Source of the DNA: Armatimonadota bacterium
GTDB lineage: Bacteria; Armatimonadota; Fimbriimonadia; Fimbriimonadales; GBS-DC
Reading direction: 5' to 3'
DNA length: 12,972 nucleotides
Assembly (NCBI GenBank): GCA_037445735.1
Contig: JBBIJY010000042.1
Span: 1 to 12,972 of the forward strand
The notes under the pieces are model-generated. The model saw only the letters and a list, made by a program, of their open reading frames with translations. It did not search any database and had not been told where the DNA came from. Both the position numbers and the translations under genes were made by a program. Shown piece after piece: positions 1 through 5,878 of this stretch; position 1 is the stretch's first letter; each line of letters starts with the position of its first letter.

Positions 1-6
1 CCAGTT

Positions 7-19
7 CTATTATACCCCA
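7..19 (-). promoter_or_regulatory. Putative sigma70 -10 element (TGGGGTATAATAG) for a divergent gene left of the window
   Basis: Perfect TATAAT at 14-9 (-). The same 13-mer occurs at 2942-2954 upstream of speD. No clear -35. Confidence 0.5.
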
Positions 20-56
20 CTTTTTCGCGAGATGGGAGGGACAAAAGTTCTGATTT

Positions 57-164
57 GCCCCTTCACCCATACCCTCTCCCCCTTTTGGGGGGAGAGGGGC
101 TAATAACTCCCTCTCCCCTCTGCGGAGAGGGTTGGGGTGAGGGGCATCCTTGCCTCTGGGCGGA
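57..164. repeat. ~108-bp REP/BIME-like palindromic repeat, copy 1
   Basis: Nested inverted repeats: gccccttcacccataccctctcc (57-79) pairs with ggagagggttggggtgaggggc (124-145), with internal CCCTCTCC/GGAGAGGG hairpins. The reverse complement is ~85% identical by eye to 12803-12912. Confidence 0.85.
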
Positions 165-177
165 GAGGGTATTACAC

Positions 178-185
178 GGTACAAT
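178..185 (+). promoter_or_regulatory. Putative -10 element (GGTACAAT) giving a leaderless lipB mRNA
   Basis: TACAAT at 180-185 ends 6 nt before ATG192. No properly spaced SD. Confidence 0.55.
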
Positions 186-191
186 CGAGGT

Positions 192-878
192 ATGCCTGCT
201 AACGGCTGGGTGCTGGATCTGGGGCTGATGGGCTATCGACAGGCGTATGCGCTGCAGACGCGCCTGCACGCGGCGCGCGTCGCGGGCGAGATACCCGACA
301 CTCTGCTGCTGCTGGAGCATCCGCCTGTGATTACGCTGGGCAAAGGCGCCCGCGCCGAGCATCTGCTCTTCAGCCCGGAGTTCTACGCCCAGCGCGGGGT
401 CGAAGTCTGCCCGACCGACCGCGGGGGCGATGTCACCTGCCATATGCCAGGTCAGCTCGTGGGCTATCCCATCTTTGACCTGCGGGCGCACGGGCGCGAT
501 CTGCATCTTTTCCTGCGCCAGCTGGAGGAGGTGTTGATACGCGCCCTGCAGGAGTACGGCGTCGAGGCGTCGCGCTCGCCCGGCTACACAGGCGTGTGGG
601 TGGGCAACGCGAAGATTGCAGCGATTGGCATCAAGGTCGCCCGCTGGGTCAGCATGCACGGCTTCGCGCTGAATGTGAACAACGATCTGGGGCTGTTCGG
701 GCTGATAGTGCCGTGCGGGATTGCCGATAGGGGCGTGACATCACTGAGCCTGCTCCAACAGCGTCCTGTGCCGATGGAGGAGGTCAAAGCGCGAGTGGTT
801 CGGCAGTTTGAGGCGGTGTTTGGGCTGGCGCTGATGCCTCCAGAAACGCCATCAGCACGGGTCTCAATTGCGGTTTGA
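192..878 (+). CDS. lipB: Lipoyl(octanoyl) transferase LipB, 228 aa
   Basis: Motifs LLLLEHPPVITLG, DRGGDVTCHMPGQLVGYPI, GVWVGNAKIAAIGI, SMHGFALNV, IVPCGI (catalytic Lys/Cys kept). Start moved to ATG192 because TTG150 lies inside the repeat. Confidence 0.95.
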   Translation: MPANGWVLDLGLMGYRQAYALQTRLHAARVAGEIPDTLLLLEHPPVITLGKGARAEHLLFSPEFYAQRGVEVCPTDRGGDVTCHMPGQLVGYPIFDLRAHGRDLHLFLRQLEEVLIRALQEYGVEASRSPGYTGVWVGNAKIAAIGIKVARWVSMHGFALNVNNDLGLFGLIVPCGIADRGVTSLSLLQQRPVPMEEVKARVVRQFEAVFGLALMPPETPSARVSIAV

Positions 879-1980
879 CCCGCTCCACCAGGAACGAGTC
901 GTGCCCCCAGGGGCTGTCGATAATCACATGCTGGGCGCGCTTGCCGAGCGATTGGAGCGTGCGCACCGCCTCTTCCTGACCCTGCGGTGGGAAGAGCCAG
1001 TCGGAGGTGAAGCTGATGAAGAGCATTTCCGCCTGCACGCGGCTGAGCGCGCGCTCCAGGTCGCCCGCGCCATAGGTCGCCGCGAGGTCGTAGGTGTCCA
1101 TCGCACGGGTGATGTAGAGGTAGCAGTAGGGGTCGAACCGTTGCAGGAAGGTGCTGGCTTTATATTCCAGATAGCTCTCCATCTGGAAGGTGATGCCCCA
1201 GAAGTCGGCTTCGGGGTGGCGTTCGCGTCCAAACTTGTGCCAGAGGGCGTCGCTGGAGAGGTAGGAGAGATGTGCCAGCATGCGGGCGAGTGCCAGCCCG
1301 CGCCGCGCACCTGCCTCCCCGCCCGCCATCAGCCCCATCAGGATGGTCTGACGCTGAATGTGATTGAGCGCAATCACCATCGGGCTGGAGCGGGCGGGCG
1401 CGGCAATCACAATCGCCTTCTGCACGCGCTCCGGATAGCGCACCGCCCACTCGAATGCCCGCATGCCGCCTGTGGAGCCGCCCACCACCGCGTAAACACG
1501 CTCGATGCCCAGCCGTTCCAGCACCGCCCGCTCCAGCTCCACCCAGTCGCCGACCGTTATCGGCGGGAAGGTCAAGCCGTACGGTTCGCCTGTGGCGGGG
1601 TTGATGGAGAGCGGCGAGGTGGTGCCGTACGGACTGGCAAGCACATTGATGCAGATGACAAAGAAGCGCTCGGTGTCCAGCGCTTTGCCTGGTCCGACAT
1701 AGAGGTCCCACCAGCCGGGCTTGCGGTCGTCGGGGTGGTGCCTGCCGGCGGCGTGGGCGCCGCCCGAGAGCGCGTGGCAGAGCAAAATCACATTCTCGCG
1801 TTCAGGCGCGAGCGTGCCATAGGTCTCGTAGGCGACCTCAACGGGCGCCAGGCGCGCGCCGCAGGCAAGCGTCAGCCCCTCGTCGAGGCGCAGATGCTGA
1901 GTCTGCACCAGCCCGACGCTGCGCTCGGGCTGTTCGGACAGCACGGCTGCCCTGCTCTCTGGCTCGTCTAACGGTTTCAT
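784..1980 (-). CDS. metX: Homoserine O-acetyltransferase MetX (alpha/beta hydrolase fold), 398 aa
   Basis: VAYETYGTL, LLCHALSGGAHAAG, PGWWD..GPGKALDT, nucleophile elbow GGSTGG, SDWLFPP (Asp), GHDSFL (His). Confidence 0.93.
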   Translation of the reverse strand: MKPLDEPESRAAVLSEQPERSVGLVQTQHLRLDEGLTLACGARLAPVEVAYETYGTLAPERENVILLCHALSGGAHAAGRHHPDDRKPGWWDLYVGPGKALDTERFFVICINVLASPYGTTSPLSINPATGEPYGLTFPPITVGDWVELERAVLERLGIERVYAVVGGSTGGMRAFEWAVRYPERVQKAIVIAAPARSSPMVIALNHIQRQTILMGLMAGGEAGARRGLALARMLAHLSYLSSDALWHKFGRERHPEADFWGITFQMESYLEYKASTFLQRFDPYCYLYITRAMDTYDLAATYGAGDLERALSRVQAEMLFISFTSDWLFPPQGQEEAVRTLQSLGKRAQHVIIDSPWGHDSFLVERVKPQLRPVLMAFLEASAPAQTPPQTAEPLAL

Positions 1981-2035
1981 CGGTTGCCCTCACCACCTGT
2001 GCATGCCCGATCATCGCTCGCCATGGCGTGGTCAG

Positions 2036-2599
2036 TCAAGTGGGCGAACGGTGTGGGGCGCCGCGGCGCACCAGCATGACCGCCACGCGCTCCGGTTTGA
2101 ACGCCTCGCGCAGCACCTCCAGCGCGCGTTCCGCCTCCACGCTCTCCGAGCAGAAGAACAGATCGACCGCCGCGTAGCGATGCTCGGGCCAGGTGTGAAT
2201 CGTGTAGTGCGATTCTTCGATGATGACCACGCCCGACACGCCGTAGGGTTCGAACTCGTGGAAGAAGTGGCTGACGATATTGGCTCTGGAGGCGTGGGCG
2301 GCGCGGATGAGCGTGTGGGCGACCGCGTCGACCCGCTCCAGTGTGCCAGGCTCACAGCCGTACAGCTCCACCAGCAGGTGCGTGCCCAGCGAACGGCGAT
2401 CGTCCTGCCGCAGGGTGGTGGGCGCGATTTCAATATCGAAGCGATGGGAACCAGCGGGCACGACCGCATGGGTGGGCACGGCGCGTGCCAGTCGCATCAG
2501 GCGCTCGCGTACCCAGCGCCCAAGCGATACGACGGGCGCCAGCCAGCCCGTTGCCGACCGCGCAGGTCGGCTCCCCAGCAAACCAACCCGAATAGTCAT
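2036..2599 (-). CDS. speD: Pyruvoyl-dependent S-adenosylmethionine decarboxylase proenzyme (SpeD/SpeH family) with N-terminal extension, 187 aa
   Basis: LGTHLLVELYGC, HEFEPYGVSGVVIIEESHYTIHTWPE (ESH self-cleavage site), YAAVDLFFC. SD GGAGG (2610-2606) lies 6 nt before the ATG. Substrate cannot be proven from sequence. Confidence 0.88.
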   Translation of the reverse strand: MTIRVGLLGSRPARSATGWLAPVVSLGRWVRERLMRLARAVPTHAVVPAGSHRFDIEIAPTTLRQDDRRSLGTHLLVELYGCEPGTLERVDAVAHTLIRAAHASRANIVSHFFHEFEPYGVSGVVIIEESHYTIHTWPEHRYAAVDLFFCSESVEAERALEVLREAFKPERVAVMLVRRGAPHRSPT

Positions 2600-2937
2600 C
2601 GTTAGCCTCCTGTAGCCATCGGACGCTGCTCGCGCCGACAGCCGTTCAACCGTTCATTTTTTCAGCCATCAGGCTGAACCGAGTGCAACACGGCACAAGC
2701 CGTGCTGACCCCGGAGGCGATTTGGGTTTATTTGCGCGGTCGGTTCGGCATGGTGGGTCAACCGCCCTGCAGAGGGCGTTGCCCCGCAGACGCTCAAAAG
2801 GGTGAAGCGCCTATGGCGAAATCCAAAACGGCAAACGAATCGGAAACGCATTCGCCCACCGCGTTGGACCGCGACATAGCGCCCGCTTCGCCTCCCCCTT
2901 TGGGTTCGTCTGCAACCCGTCCCACGGGCTGCACGCG
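2600..2937 (-). promoter_or_regulatory. Long structured 5' leader of speD-metX (candidate cis-regulatory RNA)
   Basis: Between -10 TATAAT (2949-2944) and ATG2599: hairpin 2933-2911, rod hairpin 2913-2786, and hairpins 2784-2755, 2707-2686, 2678-2661, 2643-2614. Most non-Watson-Crick positions are G-U on the minus strand. Confidence 0.6.
2794..2877 (-). CDS. Putative leader peptide MSRSNAVGECVSDSFAVLDFAIGASPF (27 aa)
   Basis: ATG2877 to TGA2794, preceded by GGGGGAGG with a 13-nt spacer (same spacer as motA here). Translation is unproven. Confidence 0.3.
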   Translation of the reverse strand: MSRSNAVGECVSDSFAVLDFAIGASPF

Positions 2938-2943
2938 GGGGCT

Positions 2944-2970
2944 ATTATACCCCATCGGACAAAAAGTCAA
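2944..2970 (-). promoter_or_regulatory. Sigma70-type promoter of speD-metX (TTGACT-N15-TATAAT)
   Basis: Near-consensus -35 at 2970-2965 and perfect -10 at 2949-2944. The 15-nt spacer is short. Confidence 0.65.
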
Positions 2971-2982
2971 GGGCTGATTCAA

Positions 2983-2990
2983 GGTACACT
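2983..2990 (+). promoter_or_regulatory. Putative -10 element (GGTACACT) of the SDR gene
   Basis: TACACT at 2985-2990 lies 9 nt before ATG3000, back-to-back with the speD promoter. Confidence 0.4.
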
Positions 2991-2999
2991 CTGGATACT

Positions 3000-3659
3000 A
3001 TGGGCAATCTGCTGCTGATTGGTGCCGATGGCACTATTGGTCACAGTGTTGCACAGGCGTTTCTGGAAGACGGATGGCAAGTATGGGCAATCGGACGCAA
3101 CCCCGAACGGTTCCACCCCGGTGTGCAGTGGAGTGCCCGCATCACCGATGTGTCCAATGCTGCTGAGATCGCCCAGACCTTCGAAGCGCTTCAGGCATAT
3201 CGTCAAGCCGTCGGTGAGCCACCTGTAGAGGCATTTGTCTATGCAGTGGGTGATATTGTCGCCCAAAAAGCAACGGCGATCCAACCTGCCGACTGGAACC
3301 GCGTCCTGAACGCCAATCTGACAGGCGTCTATCTGACCACCATGCAGTTCGCGCCCCTCTTCAGCGCCGCTCCACACCTGTTTTATATTGGGGCGCTCAG
3401 TGAGCGCCTGATTCTGCCTGGATTAAGCGCATATGCCGCTGCCAAAGCGGGGCTGGAACAGTTCGTTCAGGTGCTGATGCGCGAGAATCCACTCTGGAAG
3501 ATCACCCTTGTGCGACCAGGAGCTGTAGCCACACGGTTCTGGGAGCGCGTGTCGTTCCGCCTACCGCCCAAAGCACTCCAGCCCGATGATGTGGCACTGC
3601 GCATCCTCGAAGCCTATTATAACGAACAAAAGGGCACCCTCGATCTGATTCCAGAGTAG
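3000..3659 (+). CDS. Short-chain dehydrogenase/reductase (SDR) family NAD(P)-dependent oxidoreductase, 219 aa
   Basis: Rossmann motif LLIGADGTIG, NANLTG helix, catalytic YAAAK, VRPGAVAT. Confidence 0.9.
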   Translation: MGNLLLIGADGTIGHSVAQAFLEDGWQVWAIGRNPERFHPGVQWSARITDVSNAAEIAQTFEALQAYRQAVGEPPVEAFVYAVGDIVAQKATAIQPADWNRVLNANLTGVYLTTMQFAPLFSAAPHLFYIGALSERLILPGLSAYAAAKAGLEQFVQVLMRENPLWKITLVRPGAVATRFWERVSFRLPPKALQPDDVALRILEAYYNEQKGTLDLIPE

Positions 3660-3661
3660 GC

Positions 3662-4480
3662 TCACGAACCGGACTGATAGGGGATCAGCAGCGAGACGCG
3701 GCGATTGGAGTAGTGATAGGGATCCTTCGGGTTGCGCAGGCGGGTGGCAGCGTAGCCACGAACCTCCGCTACCTGCCCCTGCCATAAACCGCTCGATTCC
3801 ATGATGCGCCGCGCCGCGTTTGCCCGATCGGTGGACAGCTCCCAGTTGGAATAGACTTTTTCATACTGATAGCGGCGAGCGTCAGTGTGCCCCTCAATCA
3901 CCACGCGGTTGTCCAGCTTGCCCACCTCGCGAGCAATCAACCTCAGCAGCTTGCGAGCTGCCGGTGTTACCTCCGCGCTGCCCGTCCTGAAAAACACAGG
4001 TTCCGGTCCCTCGATCAGCTCGATGCGCAGACCCTCCCGAACGAACTCGATTTTCACATGCTCTTTCAGGCGAGCGAGGTCAGGAATGGTCGCCAGCGCG
4101 GCTTCAAGATACTGCCTGAACGCCTCCAGTCGCTCCCGCTCGCGCTGTGTCCCTTTCGAGATGCCCGGCGGCTTGAAACCCTCGTTGCCCGCCGTGTGGG
4201 GCATCTCCATCGTGTTCTTGCCTCCTGGCGGCAGCGCATCGTTCACCGTGAAGACCGCCTTCGAGCGCATCTGCGCCTCGAAGAAGCCAGTCGGGTCGCG
4301 AAAGTAGCCTGCAATCGCCTTGCGGATCTCCTGATCCAGCCCCACAATCCACATCACGAGGAAAAACGCCATCATGGCGGTCACGAAGTCGGCATAGGCG
4401 ACCTTCCATGCGCCGCCGTGATGCCCGTGCCCGCCCTTTTTGCGTTTAACAACCCGAATCTCGCCCTCTGCCTGTGCCAT
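3662..4480 (-). CDS. motB: Flagellar motor stator protein MotB (OmpA-like peptidoglycan-binding domain), 272 aa
   Basis: HHGGAWKVAYADFVTAMMAFFLVMW transmembrane motif with the essential Asp; IEGHTD, NWELSTDRANAAR, NRRVSL. SD AGGAGG. Confidence 0.96.
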   Translation of the reverse strand: MAQAEGEIRVVKRKKGGHGHHGGAWKVAYADFVTAMMAFFLVMWIVGLDQEIRKAIAGYFRDPTGFFEAQMRSKAVFTVNDALPPGGKNTMEMPHTAGNEGFKPPGISKGTQRERERLEAFRQYLEAALATIPDLARLKEHVKIEFVREGLRIELIEGPEPVFFRTGSAEVTPAARKLLRLIAREVGKLDNRVVIEGHTDARRYQYEKVYSNWELSTDRANAARRIMESSGLWQGQVAEVRGYAATRLRNPKDPYHYSNRRVSLLIPYQSGS

Positions 4481-4489
4481 CGCGCCTCC

Positions 4490-5368
4490 TTATGCCGCCT
4501 GCGCTGTCGATGCGCTGCTGGTGTTGCGCACCGCCTCCTCCATCTCCTGGAAGCTCGGTCGCAGGGTGGGTTCGATGCTGCGGCGGGCGAACTCGATGCA
4601 TGTCAGCGGCGCGTCGCCCCGCGCGAATGCAATCAGCGCCTGCCGAATGCACTGCAGGTACTGCTCCTCAGGATGCACACTGTTTTCCACAGCGGACGCC
4701 AGCGGCTGGAAGATGCCATAAGCTGAAAGCACGCCGAGAAAGGTTCCCACCAGCGCGGCGGCGACCTTGTGCCCGATCTCTTCGGGTGGACCATCAATCG
4801 CGCCCATCGTGATGACCACGCCCAGCACCGCCGCGACAATCCCGAAGCCGGGCATCGCATCGCCCACTTTGCTCAACACATGCGCGGGCTTCATCGCCTC
4901 TTCGTGGTGGCGCTCGATGTCCATCTCAGTCATCTCCGCCAGTTCGAACGCGCCCACCGCGCCCGTCAGCACCACCTTCATCGTGTCGCACAGGAACGCC
5001 AGCGCGTGATGGTTGTTCAGAAGCCCTGGAAACTGCTGGAACAGCGTGCTTTCGTGCGGACGCTCCACATGCTGCTCCAGCGCGAGCAACCCTTCCTTGC
5101 GGGCAAGCGTGAACAGCGCGAACAGCGCACGCAGCAGCTCTAAAAAACTCTCCTTCCTGTAGGGGCTGCCCTTGAGTGTGCCCAGCACCGCCTTGATGAC
5201 CTGACTGATGATGGCGGGTGGGTTACCCACCAGCATGGAGCCAATCGCAGCGCCCCCGATAATGATGAACTCCGAAATCTGGATGAGCGCGGCGACCTTG
5301 CCCCCATGCATCAGGAACCCGCCCAGTATCGCACCGAACAGCACCAGCGTGCCAACAATAACAAACAT
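4490..5368 (-). CDS. motA: Flagellar motor stator protein MotA, 292 aa
   Basis: MFVIVG..GGFLMHGG, EFIIIGGAAIG, ARKEGLLALE, GDAMPGFGIVAAVLGVV, AALVGTFLGV, IEFARR. Start set at ATG5368 (GGAGG 13 nt upstream); the longer ORF-track extension does not look like MotA. Confidence 0.96.
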   Translation of the reverse strand: MFVIVGTLVLFGAILGGFLMHGGKVAALIQISEFIIIGGAAIGSMLVGNPPAIISQVIKAVLGTLKGSPYRKESFLELLRALFALFTLARKEGLLALEQHVERPHESTLFQQFPGLLNNHHALAFLCDTMKVVLTGAVGAFELAEMTEMDIERHHEEAMKPAHVLSKVGDAMPGFGIVAAVLGVVITMGAIDGPPEEIGHKVAAALVGTFLGVLSAYGIFQPLASAVENSVHPEEQYLQCIRQALIAFARGDAPLTCIEFARRSIEPTLRPSFQEMEEAVRNTSSASTAQAA

Positions 5369-5510
5369 CCAGCCCCAAACGCCTCCTGTGCAGCAGTTAT
5401 TCCACTTCAGGCGAACAAAAAGCAGGTAAGTTTCGGGAGTTGGAAAGAGTCCAAACAGCAGGAATCGGCTCATTCGCCCCGAACCAAACCTGCACCGGAA
5501 GAGTGCACCG

Positions 5511-5711
5511 ATGCACCACCCATCCGGGTGCCACAACTGGACGGAAGCCGAATGGCTTCAGCAGCTGCAGCGGCGCGCCGCCCGACTCACCAGCTGCGCA
5601 GACGACGCCGCCGACCTCGCGCACGACTGCCTCTGCGCCTTCGTGAACCACTTTGGCTGCTATCCGTGGGAGAGACTGTCCAAGAATTCACTACCTGAAC
5701 CAGACGGCTGA
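5511..5711 (+). pseudogene. Truncated ECF/sigma-70-like factor (N-terminal region 2 fragment only)
   Basis: LQRRAARLTSCADDAADLAHDCL resembles the ECF sigma region 2.1-2.2 pattern (A.RL....DA.DL.Q..). The frame runs into a TIR-like sequence at 5672 and stops inside the repeat. Confidence 0.5.
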
Positions 5712-5825
5712 ACCCGCTCCTGTAAAACAAAGCCAGCCTCCGCTGGCTATGAGCGCATGGCACGCCCCTGCTCCAAAAACAGCCGACAGAGATCGGCTTC
5801 GTTTCATAGGAACAGCTTCAGCCGT
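5704..5825. repeat. Inverted pair of 45-nt REP-like units (5704-5748 and 5781-5825)
   Basis: acggctgaacccgctcctgtaaaacaaagcc versus the reverse complement of unit 2, acggctgaagctgttcctatgaaacgaagcc: 25/31 identical. Each unit ends in its own hairpin (agccagc-ctcc-gctggct; agccga-cagaga-tcggct). Confidence 0.8.
5724..5748 (-). terminator. Possible intrinsic terminator for the efflux operon, formed by a REP unit
   Basis: Minus strand AGCCAGC-GGAG-GCTGGCT followed by TTGTTTT, ~130 nt past the RND stop. Confidence 0.45.
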
Positions 5826-5878
5826 TGGGAGAAACGGTCGGGCTTTCTTTATGGCTCGCTCATTTTCCCAGATCGCCT

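Noticed and set aside
868-1971. 367-aa plus-strand ORF and other long antisense ORFs (63-659, 3887-4726, 12031-12717)
   Set aside because: Shadow frames of well-supported genes in GC-rich DNA, with no recognisable motifs.
2655-2678. Intrinsic terminator at ttcagcc-atca-ggctgaa
   Set aside because: On the mRNA strand the hairpin is followed by an A-run; on the plus strand the T-run precedes it.
2755-2800. SAM-I riboswitch in the speD-metX leader (GGCAAC...GGTTGACC resembles P3)
   Set aside because: No AUC-AGAG P1/J1-2, kink-turn P2 or matching P1 3' strand is visible.
2600-2802. Antizyme/RF2-like frameshift or UGA readthrough at CCC UUU UGA fusing the uORF to speD
   Set aside because: The +1 frame is not the speD frame and stops before speD. 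The -1 (speD) frame has two stops from 2669 on. In-frame readthrough hits another UGA 12 codons later, and the hairpin is not a convincing SECIS.
2829-2860. c-di-GMP-I-like GGCAAAC-stem-GAAA on the plus strand
   Set aside because: Lacks the following GACGCAAAGC and second stem; it is the antisense face of the rod hairpin apex.
2781-2942. 6S or SRP RNA identity for the rod hairpin
   Set aside because: No large central bubble typical of 6S and no SRP helix-8 motif. A cmscan is needed to exclude these formally.
3662-5368. Zorya ZorAB or ExbBD/TolQR instead of MotAB
   Set aside because: Canonical MotA length and motifs, MotB WKVAYADF motif, no ZorA tail and no zorC/D/E.
5461-5500. Sigma28 promoter for motA (GCCGATTC on minus strand)
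   Set aside because: No TAAA-like -35 at the correct spacing.
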